From a virus (taxonomy: Duplodnaviria > Caudoviricetes), in IMG/VR virus record IMGVR_UViG_2724679359_000002, positions 8,398 through 72,397 of that record: a stretch of 64,000 nucleotides of DNA; one strand, 5' to 3'. Under the pieces are notes generated by a model. The model made no database searches, was not told the origin of the DNA, and saw nothing but the letters and a program-made list of their open reading frames with translations. The position numbers and the translations under genes are program-made. Positions within the stretch are counted from its first letter, which is position 1. Each line of letters starts with the position of its first letter. This document shows positions 9,704 to 19,242 of the stretch, in pieces.

Positions 9704-10099
9704 TCAGCCCGGATATTGACGGGCGGGCAATTGAAAATGCGGGCCGTCTTTAAAGGTTGTCCAGTTACCGCCCCATTCCACAGCGATCCCCAGCTCGGCG
9801 GCGGCCTGTTTCATTGCGTCAGCCATCGGATAAAAATACTTCCATTCCCAGCTCATCTTGCCATCAGGCAGCGGCACAATATCGACCGCATGGCCGGTTA
9901 AGTGGCGGCTGTTTAGGGTTTGGCTGGCTCCGGCCTTGACTAGTTCGCGCTGGCGCTCGATTGTGCGGCGGCCCTCGATCACTTTAAAATCAATCGGGGT
10001 CAATTCCAGCGCGCGGCGCACCACTTTCACCAAATCAGGATGCACGCCGATCAGATTGGTTTCGCTGGTTTTGCCGAAAATAAATTTATTGCTTGGCAT
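9704..10099 (-). CDS. Endolysin, M15-family L-Ala-D-Glu peptidase
   Basis: GVHPDL, EG.RT..RQ, SRHLTGHAVD, WGGNW..F.DGPHFQ. Confidence 0.88.
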   Translation of the reverse strand: MPSNKFIFGKTSETNLIGVHPDLVKVVRRALELTPIDFKVIEGRRTIERQRELVKAGASQTLNSRHLTGHAVDIVPLPDGKMSWEWKYFYPMADAMKQAAAELGIAVEWGGNWTTFKDGPHFQLPARQYPG

Positions 10100-10472
10100 C
10101 AGTGGTTCCCGTCTTTTTGTTAACAATTTTAAATACCAGCTCGCGGATGGTCTGCAAGCCGATCAGCCCGATAAGACAACTGACAAATATCTCCACTTTC
10201 CCGGCGGCAACTTCGGTTAACGCGCCATTTAGCCAGGGAGTGGCATCAATCAGGTGGATTAGCATCGGGGAAATTACCGGGCCGATATTGACGCCGACCA
10301 GCCCACACACCACGCCCTCGCCAATGCCCTCACGCAACTTACCGCCGCCCCACACTACGCGGCGAAACGCCACAATAAAGGCGACGAGAAAGCCGTTTAT
10401 CACGGTTGAATGGGTAGAATAAAAGGCCAGTACCACCCCCACCCAACTTGGATCTTTTTCTGGCATTTTCAT
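10086..10472 (-). CDS. Holin, lambda-S-like with Met-Lys-Met dual start
   Basis: Starts MKMPEK like lambda S; several TM segments; directly upstream of endolysin. Confidence 0.82.
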   Translation of the reverse strand: MKMPEKDPSWVGVVLAFYSTHSTVINGFLVAFIVAFRRVVWGGGKLREGIGEGVVCGLVGVNIGPVISPMLIHLIDATPWLNGALTEVAAGKVEIFVSCLIGLIGLQTIRELVFKIVNKKTGTTDAKQ

Positions 10473-10502
10473 GTCCGTTACCCCCTGTGGGGAATTGTGC
10501 AA

Positions 10503-10706
10503 TTAGTCCCAAAGTTGCAGGGTTTGCGTCGTTGTGGCGGCGCTGACTTCCGGCATTTCCACCGGAAAACCGTGCGGTAACACTGGCCCGATATCCGCTA
10601 AACCCGGATTGGCCGCCAACACTTGTTCAGTCACGCCCTCGGTGCGGCCGTAGTAGCGCCAACACATGGCGTCAAGGGTGTCGTACTGCTGGGCCAGAAT
10701 GCGCAT
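10503..10706 (-). CDS. X: Tail protein X
   Basis: DTLDA.CWRYYGRT...NPGL...LPHG..V...LWD. Confidence 0.92.
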   Translation of the reverse strand: MRILAQQYDTLDAMCWRYYGRTEGVTEQVLAANPGLADIGPVLPHGFPVEMPEVSAATTTQTLQLWD

Positions 10707-11197
10707 TAAATCAATTCCACTGTCATGCGGTTGATGGCCTGAATATCGTTAATTGCCCAGGCAGCATCACGGCGCAAATTATCAATGGTGGGTTCCAGTG
10801 AATCGGCCCGCTTGCCGCCAGTGCCGGTAGTATCAAAGCCACGAAAACGATCAGTTAAACGGGCTTGCATCAGGCAAAACACCGCCGTGCGGTACAACTG
10901 AATACGGGTACTTTCCTCATTCAGTTTTTCCGCCGGTACCTCCGCCGCTGACCGATAACCCTGTTTTTGCTGGGTTAAGCGCCAGACTGTCAGCCGATCA
11001 TTAACTTCATTGATGGCAAACAGCGCCGCCTCAATAACGCGCGGCTGGGTGATGGTGCCGTCTTGACGTGATTCTTCGCGGTACTGATTCAGGTCGATAT
11101 CCGGCCAGAAACCATCATTTTTGATAACGGCTTTTCCTGTTGGCTCCACCGGTTCTGGTGCCTCTTCTGTCTGATTGGTGTTGATGACGATTTCCAT
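10706..11197 (-). CDS. L: Head completion protein L
   Basis: FWPDIDL, AI.EVN..L, FDTT..G.KRA; synteny. Confidence 0.88.
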   Translation of the reverse strand: MEIVINTNQTEEAPEPVEPTGKAVIKNDGFWPDIDLNQYREESRQDGTITQPRVIEAALFAINEVNDRLTVWRLTQQKQGYRSAAEVPAEKLNEESTRIQLYRTAVFCLMQARLTDRFRGFDTTGTGGKRADSLEPTIDNLRRDAAWAINDIQAINRMTVELI

Positions 11198-11218
11198 GCT
11201 GACACTCGCAAAATAAAC

Positions 11219-11280
11219 GGGCGGTGGACACTGGCCTTGCCAGGGTAAAAAAATATCCTGACGCGGCTAGCGTGCCGCCC
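11219..11280. other. Conserved M-L intergenic stem-loop (prophage 1)
   Basis: GGGCGGTGGAC...GTGCCGCCC outer stem with inner stems; equivalent at 47170-47225. Confidence 0.5.
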
Positions 11281-11296
11281 TCGCCGGGGCGTAGGG

Positions 11297-11953
11297 TTAT
11301 GAGGCTGCTTTAATCAGCTTCTCAAGATTCTTGATATCGGTTTTCACACCGCTGTTATCGTCCAGTTGTAGCGCTGTTTTCAGGTTTGCCAGTGCGAGAA
11401 CGCTGTCGCCGTCCTGACGCAGGGCATAACCAACAAACTTATGCAGCCGGGCGCAAACCATATCGGGCATATCCTGACCGGTTAAAATTTGCTGTGCGCG
11501 TAATAACTGCTGAGTATCCAGCGGCTTTTGGTCGGTCAAGGTACGCTGTGCAATGGCGGCGACTTCCTCGGCAATCAGGCACGCGGTGGTGCGCTTAAAG
11601 CTATCCGGCGTCACCAAATCATGCTTGATGGCATACTCCGCAATATCCAGAGCGCGGGTGATATCGCCCACATCCAGATGCCAAATCAACATACGCATCA
11701 GAATGTCGTCCTGTTCGCCGCTATCTTTCGCCAGCACACCCGCCACCCACGGTTGATAAGTGGGCAACATGCCTTGTTTAACCTCGGCTTTGCGGGCTAT
11801 TGATTCAATACGGCCCAATTGGGCCATATCCTGTTGCAGCTTGAACAACAACAGCTCGTAGTTGCTGGCGTGGCTCAGGTTGGCCGCCTCGCTCAGTGAA
11901 TCCGATTGCTGAGCCGCCACGAATAGCCGGTGGCGGCGAACGGGGTTAGTCAT
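11297..11953 (-). CDS. M: Terminase small subunit M
   Basis: P.RRH, Y.PWV.GVL, QDDI....IW.LD.GD, DMPD.V.A.LHK, GVK.DI. Confidence 0.9.
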   Translation of the reverse strand: MTNPVRRHRLFVAAQQSDSLSEAANLSHASNYELLLFKLQQDMAQLGRIESIARKAEVKQGMLPTYQPWVAGVLAKDSGEQDDILMRMLIWHLDVGDITRALDIAEYAIKHDLVTPDSFKRTTACLIAEEVAAIAQRTLTDQKPLDTQQLLRAQQILTGQDMPDMVCARLHKFVGYALRQDGDSVLALANLKTALQLDDNSGVKTDIKNLEKLIKAAS

Positions 11954-11958
11954 AGGAA

Positions 11959-13014
11959 TTAACCCTCTTTTGGCACGGAGAAATCACCGAATTCAATGTT
12001 TTCAATCAGCGCCACGCCGTCAAAATCTTCAACCACATAGGCTTCATTGACTGACTCATAGTTTTCAATGCGATCGCGTTTTGGATTGTCGATAATGTGG
12101 CGGCGGCGGGTGCCGTCTTGCCAATAAATAGACAGGTTATCCAGCCGGGTGATCAAGATGGCATTAGCCGGGAAAGAGGGCGCACGCACTGCGGGCAAAC
12201 CGCCAATACGTTTTTGACTGATAATTAAATCAGCGGCCAGTGCTTCGGTGTTCGGCTGTTCCTGATTGACGATCGGGAAGTATTTATCCGCCAACAGTTG
12301 ACGGCCAACAATCACCACCAGTTCAGTATCGTCCTGGTACCACGGCTGAATCAGCTCATCAGTGGCGGCCATCACCAGCGCGTCAAGATTATGGAAGTCG
12401 CCACCCTTGCCGATGCGGATTTTTGGCGAAATGACACTGCCTTGCTCATCAACCACTTTATCCATCACCTGACCTGGCGCATCTTCACGAATGCCTTGTA
12501 GCCAGCCACGGCTTACATCTTCCAGTAGCTTATTAACGGTATGATCAGAGGTTTTTGCGCGGTGAGTACCGTTGAAACCAATCATGATGCGATCAAGTGC
12601 CTGACGCTTCACAATGGCATCACGGATACGGGTTTGAAAATCAGGGAATTTAGCCCACATATCCAATTTGATATAAGCCAGTGCGGTATCAAAGTTAGTC
12701 TGAGTACAGTTGTATTTTGTCCCATCCAGACCGCTTGGATCGGAGGCTTCACGTTCTTGCTTCGAGGTGTCAGTAGTGCTGGCAATCGGGCGATCAATGC
12801 TTAAGCCAACCTTTTCACCCTCTTTTTCATCCACTGGATATATGTTGATTTTTGACAGAAAAACGCTGCTTTCCTGTTGTTTAGTTTCCAGTTTTTGCGC
12901 AATAGATGGCTCAACGGTAAATTTCGCGCTGATATCCTCTTTATTGTCCAAATTGTTCAGTTTGGCGACTTGCTGCAAAAACTGGTTGTACTTAAATCGG
13001 GTGGTTTTTTTCAT
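11959..13014 (-). CDS. N: Major capsid protein N
   Basis: F.VEPS, RQALDRIMIGFNG, NLDALV, LDNLSIYWQ, NEAYVVED. Confidence 0.95.
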   Translation of the reverse strand: MKKTTRFKYNQFLQQVAKLNNLDNKEDISAKFTVEPSIAQKLETKQQESSVFLSKINIYPVDEKEGEKVGLSIDRPIASTTDTSKQEREASDPSGLDGTKYNCTQTNFDTALAYIKLDMWAKFPDFQTRIRDAIVKRQALDRIMIGFNGTHRAKTSDHTVNKLLEDVSRGWLQGIREDAPGQVMDKVVDEQGSVISPKIRIGKGGDFHNLDALVMAATDELIQPWYQDDTELVVIVGRQLLADKYFPIVNQEQPNTEALAADLIISQKRIGGLPAVRAPSFPANAILITRLDNLSIYWQDGTRRRHIIDNPKRDRIENYESVNEAYVVEDFDGVALIENIEFGDFSVPKEG

Positions 13015-13050
13015 TTGAAATTAAATCCTTAGCATAGCAAGCAGAATGAC

Positions 13051-13863
13051 TTAGCAATCAGTCAGAATGGCACTGTCGCTACCGGTTGAGCGCTCGCGCT
13101 GGGAGAAGTTGCGATCTGTTTTACTGAGTGTGGTTTTAAGCTCGGCAAGCTCTTGATTCGTTGCATCACTGGCGATTTTCAGCTCAGAAAACTGCTGCTC
13201 CAGTGCGGTAAGGGCGCTAAATTTCCCCTCAACTTGTTGCGCGACCAATTCAACCGCCTGATGCACATCATTAAGACGTGCGTCATCACCGGTTTGCTTT
13301 TTAGTAAACATGGCTTTAATGGTGGTAAGCAGGTTGGTTTTCGATTCCTGCTCGGCTTCAAATTCCAGATTGATTTCGGTGGCTTCGGTAAAAATAGCGT
13401 CCGACTGACTTTTGCGCGATGCCAGCGGGCTGTGTTCGATTTGTGCGCAGAATGTCAGCATTTCAGCCCCCAATGAGGCGGGGGTGTCAGTAAAACCAAT
13501 GCCGGTCAAATAGGCTTTGCCGGTATCCGCGAATTTCTCAATATATTCAATGCTGGAGTAGACCTTTTGCCGCGCCTGACGCAGTTTCACCAAATCGTCA
13601 GTGGCATCGACCTGGACAAGCAGCGCTAATTTGCCTTTCAGTGGCCCGTCACTGATTTCTTCATATTTAACTGCCGCGATATCGCCATAGGCGCGAAACA
13701 GGCTATCGGGCAAAACACTCTTGATATGTTCCAGATTGGCACGCGAGCCACGGAATGCCGGGTTATAGCTTTCGGCCATTTCAATGATGTGTGCGCGGGG
13801 AACATGGCGGCCATCACTGGTGGCACCCTCCACCACGGCACGGAAAAACTTGGATATTGGCAT
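13051..13863 (-). CDS. O: Capsid scaffolding protein O
   Basis: SKFFR..VEGATSDGR, NLEH, YLTG...TD.PASLG, C-terminal LTDC. Confidence 0.92.
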   Translation of the reverse strand: MPISKFFRAVVEGATSDGRHVPRAHIIEMAESYNPAFRGSRANLEHIKSVLPDSLFRAYGDIAAVKYEEISDGPLKGKLALLVQVDATDDLVKLRQARQKVYSSIEYIEKFADTGKAYLTGIGFTDTPASLGAEMLTFCAQIEHSPLASRKSQSDAIFTEATEINLEFEAEQESKTNLLTTIKAMFTKKQTGDDARLNDVHQAVELVAQQVEGKFSALTALEQQFSELKIASDATNQELAELKTTLSKTDRNFSQRERSTGSDSAILTDC

Positions 13864-13939
13864 GTGATTGATTCCGGTTTGATTCGATAGTAGTGACCTA
13901 TGTTGGCGACCGGCGGCAAACGGAACAATCAGGCGCTGT

Positions 13940-13957
13940 TGTGCCATGGCTGGCACA
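13940..13957. promoter_or_regulatory. Ogr-family site in divergent O/P late promoter region (prophage 1)
   Basis: TGT-GCCATGGCTGGC-ACA = TGT-N12-ACA. Confidence 0.7.
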
Positions 13958-14031
13958 AGGTGTAATGCGGGATGGAGGCGGTGCGGATAGGTAGCCTTGC
14001 TGCAATTAAGCAATAAAACAGGCTATTTAAC

Positions 14032-15795
14032 ATGGAAAGCGTTGCTATCAATGCCGATTTAGACCCCCGCCGTCAAGCCATGTATCTGTATTGGCAAGGG
14101 CTGCGTATCGCCCGAATTGCGGAAATGATCGGTGAGAAAGCCGTCACGGTACACAGTTGGAAGCGCCGCGACAAGTGGGACGCGTACGGGCCATTGGATC
14201 AGATGCAGCTGACCACGGCAGCGGAATATTGCCGCCTGATAATGAAGCCTGTCAAGGAGCCGAAAGACTACAAAGAGATTGATTTGCTGGGCCGACAAGC
14301 CGAGCGTCACGCTCGCATTGGTAAATACAATGATGGCGGCAACGAGGCCGATCTCAACCCCAATATTGAGAAGCGCAACAGCGGAACACGCAAGGCACCG
14401 CAGAAAAATATATTCAGTGAGGCGCAAGTTGCCAGGCTGAAAGATATTTTCAATGAATCCATGTTCGACTATCAGCGCAACTGGTATGAGGCTGGTTTAT
14501 CGCCTGATTTCCGCATTCGTAACTTTTTAAAATCGCGCCAAGTCGGTGCAACCTACTTTTTCTCATGGGAAGCGCTGCTCGATGCGCTCGACACTGGCCG
14601 CAACCAAATGTTTGTTTCGGCCTCAAAAGCGCAGGCGCACCAGTTTAAAAATTATATTGTGGCGGCGGCGCGTCAAGTGGATGTTGATTTGCGCGGTGAG
14701 GTAATTATTTTGCCCAATGGCGCTGAAATGCACTTTCTCGGCACTAACGCCAGCACCGCACAGGGCCGCCCCGGCAATCTCTATCTGGATGAGTATTTTT
14801 GGATACCCGGCTTTCAGAAGTTACGTCGTGCCGCATCGGGTATGGCCTCGCAGAAAAAGTATCGCGCTACCTATTTTTCCACCCCGTCCAGCACCTCACA
14901 TGAGGCTTACCCGTTCTGGGCTGGCACCCTATTTAACAAAGGTAAAGCAAAAGATAAACGCATTGAAATTGATGTCAGCTACCCCCGATTGGCGGCTGGC
15001 CGGTTGTGTGAGGATAAGCAGTACCGGCAGATTGTCACTATTGAGGACGCACTGAAAGGCGGCTGCGACCTGTTTGATATTGATGAATTACGCAATGAAA
15101 ACAGTGATGAAGATTTTGAAAACCTGTTTATGTGCGGCTTTATTGATGATAACGCCTCCACGTTCAAACTGGCCGAAATGCAGCGTTGCATGGTGGATAG
15201 CTGGGAAAAATGGACAGACGTCAAACTGCTGGCGCTACGCCCGTTTGGTGATAGGCCGGTGTGGATTGGCTACGACCCGGCCAGCACCGGTGATAGTGCC
15301 GGTTGTGCGGTGATTGCGCCGCCAGTGGTGGCGGGCGGTAAATTCAGGGTATTGGAGCGCCATCAGTGGAAAGGGATGGATTTTGCTGACCAGGCCAGCA
15401 ATATCAAAAAAATCACCGAGCGCTATAACGTCACTTACATCGGTATTGATGATACCGGGCTGGGCCGCTCCGTGACGCAATTAGTACGGCAATTCTTCCC
15501 GGCGGTTAACGCCATTCACTACAGCTTAGAAATGAAAGCTGACCTGATTTATAAGGCCAAAAATATTATTCATGGCGGCCGTCTGGAGTTTGACGCGGGC
15601 TGCATTGATATTGCCACCGCGTTTATGTCTATCCGCAAAACCATGACCGCCACCGGCCGCAACGCCACTTTTGTCACTGACCGCTCAAAAGACGTCAGCC
15701 ACGGTGATGTGGCCTGGGCCATTATGCACGCCTTATTCCATGAGCCTCTTGAGGGCATTAACAGCAATAACACCAGTGTGATGGAGATATATTAA
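14032..15795 (+). CDS. P: Terminase large (ATPase) subunit P
   Basis: DPRRQA..LYWQG, KSRQVGAT, LYLDEYFW, GYDP, HGDVAWA. Confidence 0.95.
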   Translation: MESVAINADLDPRRQAMYLYWQGLRIARIAEMIGEKAVTVHSWKRRDKWDAYGPLDQMQLTTAAEYCRLIMKPVKEPKDYKEIDLLGRQAERHARIGKYNDGGNEADLNPNIEKRNSGTRKAPQKNIFSEAQVARLKDIFNESMFDYQRNWYEAGLSPDFRIRNFLKSRQVGATYFFSWEALLDALDTGRNQMFVSASKAQAHQFKNYIVAAARQVDVDLRGEVIILPNGAEMHFLGTNASTAQGRPGNLYLDEYFWIPGFQKLRRAASGMASQKKYRATYFSTPSSTSHEAYPFWAGTLFNKGKAKDKRIEIDVSYPRLAAGRLCEDKQYRQIVTIEDALKGGCDLFDIDELRNENSDEDFENLFMCGFIDDNASTFKLAEMQRCMVDSWEKWTDVKLLALRPFGDRPVWIGYDPASTGDSAGCAVIAPPVVAGGKFRVLERHQWKGMDFADQASNIKKITERYNVTYIGIDDTGLGRSVTQLVRQFFPAVNAIHYSLEMKADLIYKAKNIIHGGRLEFDAGCIDIATAFMSIRKTMTATGRNATFVTDRSKDVSHGDVAWAIMHALFHEPLEGINSNNTSVMEIY

Positions 15796-16835
15796 TGAGT
15801 AAACGCAACAGGAAAAGCCGCCCGATCAAAGTAACAGCGGCCATAGCGGGCAATAGCACACCACAAGCCGAGACGTTTACGTTTGACGACCCGATCCCGA
15901 TGATGGATCAGCGCGATATTCTGGATTATCTGGAATGTGCAGTAATGGATCGCTGGTATGAGCCGCCGGTATCATTCAACGGTCTGGCTAAATCATTCCG
16001 CGCGGCGGTGCATCATAGCTCGCCTATCTATATGAAACGTAATGTACTGGTTAGCCTGTTTGAGCCGCACCGGCTGCTATCAAAGCAGGATTTTAGCCGC
16101 TATGCGCTGGATTTTTTGGTGTTCGCCAACTCATTTTTAGAGGTCCGCTATAACCGGCTGGGTGGTATTATGAAACTGGTTCCCAGCCCGGCAAAATATA
16201 CCCGCCGAGGCGTGGAGACTGACACCTATTGGTATGTCTCATCCTATGCCAACCCACACCCTTTTGAAGCAAACAGCGTTTTTCACCTGCTAGACCCGGA
16301 TATTAACCAAGAGATCTACGGCGTTCCTGAATATCTCGCCTCGCTAAATTCGACCTGGCTTAATGAAGCCGCAACGCTATTTCGCCGTAAATATTATCTG
16401 AATGGTAGTCATGCCGGATTTATCCTGTATATGAACGACGCCGCCCACAAACAGGAGGATATCGACGCCTTACGCAAGGCGCTGAAAGAATCCAAAGGGC
16501 CGGGCAATTTCCGCAATCTGTTTATGTACGCCCCAGCCGGTAAAAAAGACGGGATACAGGTGATCCCATTAGCAGAAGTGGCGGCGAAAGATGAATTCGC
16601 CAGTATTAAGAATGTCACCCGCGACGACCAGCTCGCTATGCAGCGAGTACCACCGCAATTGATGGGTATTTTACCCAACAACACCGGCGGATTTGGTGAT
16701 GTGGAAAAGGCCGCGCGAGTATTCGCCATTAACGAACTGGCCCCCTTGCAGGAGCGGCTGATGGAAATTAATGACTGGGTAGGGGAGGAGGTGGTGAGGT
16801 TCCGCCCCTATGATTTATTGGTTTCTGCGGGCTAA
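15795..16835 (+). CDS. Q: Portal protein Q
   Basis: WYEPP, HHSS, NQEIYGVPEY, NGSHAGFI, GGFGDVEK. Confidence 0.95.
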   Translation: MSKRNRKSRPIKVTAAIAGNSTPQAETFTFDDPIPMMDQRDILDYLECAVMDRWYEPPVSFNGLAKSFRAAVHHSSPIYMKRNVLVSLFEPHRLLSKQDFSRYALDFLVFANSFLEVRYNRLGGIMKLVPSPAKYTRRGVETDTYWYVSSYANPHPFEANSVFHLLDPDINQEIYGVPEYLASLNSTWLNEAATLFRRKYYLNGSHAGFILYMNDAAHKQEDIDALRKALKESKGPGNFRNLFMYAPAGKKDGIQVIPLAEVAAKDEFASIKNVTRDDQLAMQRVPPQLMGILPNNTGGFGDVEKAARVFAINELAPLQERLMEINDWVGEEVVRFRPYDLLVSAG

Positions 16836-17522
16836 CTAGTTCGGGGATATTTCAGCACTATCTAGCTCTGTGCTGATAGATGATTCATTCTCGATAGGGC
16901 TGTGAAGTTCATTGGGCTGGTTGTTGAAGTGTTTAATGAAATTTTCAGCCATAGAGATACTATTTCCTATATATAAGCTCCAGAATGCGAGCGCAAGAAA
17001 AAGTAGTGATATAAATATCCAGACTATAATACGACCAAGTTCATTAATTAGAGTTGAGTTTGAATGGAAGATCTCAGGATTAGTTATTATTTCATTGCTG
17101 ATTATGAATGTATATGCCATTACCAGTACAGCGCAACAGAGAAGATATGAAATAAAATAACCTATCTTTTTTATATTTCTTTTGGTTTTAGATTCGAAAC
17201 CATCTGCATAGATAGCTAGGTTTTCATTGACTACATAGCAAACTTTTGAATGGCAATTAGCATGTTCAAAAAACAAGATAGATCTTGATGGATGGGTAGA
17301 ATTTAATAGTAAACTAATTTCATCGAAAGTAGTATTTTGACATTTTGTTAGCCAGAAAAATAACTTTTCAACAAGATATTTATTACATGGTTTTTTTTCA
17401 TATTCAGCAATTAATTCGATGTCTAATTTGTATTTATCTTTCCACACTGTGTGTCGATAAACAACAAAAGGTACAATAGTTCCTACAAGTACGCCTAAAA
17501 GTGAAAGTAGTATTGATGCCAT
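16836..17522 (-). CDS. AT-rich 3-TM membrane cargo protein
   Basis: N-terminal TM plus two further hydrophobic segments; convergent on Q, stops abut. Confidence 0.7.
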   Translation of the reverse strand: MASILLSLLGVLVGTIVPFVVYRHTVWKDKYKLDIELIAEYEKKPCNKYLVEKLFFWLTKCQNTTFDEISLLLNSTHPSRSILFFEHANCHSKVCYVVNENLAIYADGFESKTKRNIKKIGYFISYLLCCAVLVMAYTFIISNEIITNPEIFHSNSTLINELGRIIVWIFISLLFLALAFWSLYIGNSISMAENFIKHFNNQPNELHSPIENESSISTELDSAEISPN

Positions 17523-17611
17523 TTTTCACATTCCTTTTAAAATAATAATTACCCAACATTTTATACTAAGTGTTCCCGAACTGCCTGTCACATCCCACGG
17601 ATTTTACTTTC

Positions 17612-17625
17612 TGTGACATGTCACA
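17612..17625. repeat. Perfect palindrome TGTGACATGTCACA with nearby half-sites
   Basis: Read directly; related palindrome at 54709-54722. Confidence 0.75.
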
Positions 17626-17862
17626 AGGCTCTTGATTTTGTTTCTATGCCATGTCACGTTTTTAAAAGAGCAAGCCGCAACGACCACCTCGAAAATCTGT
17701 GATAATTGCTCAAATTGTTTAGTAAGCTGACCACTACAGCCCTGCAAGTTCAAGACGCAACAATCCGCATTATTCTATTCACCTCTTAATCATTATCTAA
17801 GCCGTGCCAGCACTGGGTTTTTAACTACTTTCTAACTGCATAAAAACTGAATATTTAGTCAC

Positions 17863-17888
17863 GCAAAGCGCGGGCGGGGGGAGCGCAC
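17863..17888 (+). other. Candidate cos/packaging site of prophage 1
   Basis: GCAAAGCGCG-GGCGGGGGGA-GCGCAC; shares GCAAAGCGCG and GGCGGGG with prophage 2 cos but on the opposite strand relative to Q. Confidence 0.45.
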
Positions 17889-18341
17889 GGAAAGAGGTGT
17901 GAGCGGTACTTCAATCCTCCTCATATATGCCCGAAATCACCCCCTGAATGCATGTGCGGCACCCTGCCTTTTTGGCTCGAAACGATTCGTTATGAGAAGG
18001 TGAAATAAAAACGCGCCTCTCTGTGTAGTGTAGAGGCGCTTTTGTGTGGGGTAATTTGGGGGGGGTAAATTAGATGTGATTTTTATTCTATTCAAATTGA
18101 CGCATATCTATTCATTTTCATATCTTATCCAATATTGCCGTGGTACACTATTAGCACCCGCTATAGGTTTTTTAACATCAGTTTCTTATAGTTTTGCGTC
18201 TATATACTCATGAGCTACAACGCTTAAAAGAAGCAGCTCAAACCTCTTTAGCCTCAAAAACACATTGTTATTGTGTGATTTATCTTCATCCTTGTGTAGC
18301 ATGTACATAAAAATTGAATACTTAAAGGCTAAGACGGCAGA

Positions 18342-19208
18342 ATGCTATATAAATTTTTCACTTTAAATGATAATTCTCTATCCTCCTTATATAATTCTTC
18401 TCTCTGGTTTTCAAAGGTCTGCGATTTCAATGATCCGTTTGAGGGTCAGGTTAAAATAATAGATGGAGAATTGACAGATTCTAATATGGTTAAATTGATT
18501 AAAGCTATGAATTCATCAGGAGAGTTGAATAGGTTTCTGAATTTAAAAAACTCTAATGAAACATTAGATGTACTCGCAAAAATAATGATACTGAATAAAG
18601 GTGAAACACTTAAGAATGAAATTCTTAGAATAGCTAGGCATGCCTTTAATACTGTTGTTGAGAGCTACACAAATGGCGGAGCTTGCTGCTTTGTTTCTGA
18701 TGGAAATCCATCTGACGATTCGCTAAGCCCTTTAACAAGTAGACTTATGTGGGGACATTACGGTAACGGCCTTCGTGGGTTTGCATTGAAATTTAGAGAT
18801 GACATATTCTGTGATGTAAATAGCGAGCTAAAAAAAGAAATTATTTCTGGGCCATATAAAATAGATTATATAAATGATTATCCTGTTGTTAATTTAATTG
18901 AGTTATCTAACCAACTTTATGTCGAAAAAAACGAACTTAAGGTGTTTAAACACATCGGTAAGTTAACTTCATCTAAAAATAAAGACTGGGAGTATGAGCA
19001 AGAAGTTAGATATATCTCAATGGAGGGGAACAGGCTTTTCAAGTACAGTCCTGAGCATATTGAATTACTTTGCATTGGTGAAAAAATGCCTAATTATCAA
19101 GTTAAGTGTTTATTATCAATTGCAAAGGAATTAGGAATAAAGAAAATTTGCAGAACAACGCTATCAAATGATAGTTATACAATAGGATTAGATTACCAAA
19201 TTTCTTAG
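18342..19208 (+). CDS. DUF2971-like cargo protein
   Basis: LYKF, FNDPFEG, LMWGHYG...G, K..DWEYEQEVR. Confidence 0.8.
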   Translation: MLYKFFTLNDNSLSSLYNSSLWFSKVCDFNDPFEGQVKIIDGELTDSNMVKLIKAMNSSGELNRFLNLKNSNETLDVLAKIMILNKGETLKNEILRIARHAFNTVVESYTNGGACCFVSDGNPSDDSLSPLTSRLMWGHYGNGLRGFALKFRDDIFCDVNSELKKEIISGPYKIDYINDYPVVNLIELSNQLYVEKNELKVFKHIGKLTSSKNKDWEYEQEVRYISMEGNRLFKYSPEHIELLCIGEKMPNYQVKCLLSIAKELGIKKICRTTLSNDSYTIGLDYQIS

Positions 19209-19242
19209 ACACATTTTTAATTTACTTGGCTGCGGGTAAACT

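Noticed and set aside
17612-17625. CRP site
   Set aside because: The half-sites are separated by 4 bp rather than 6.
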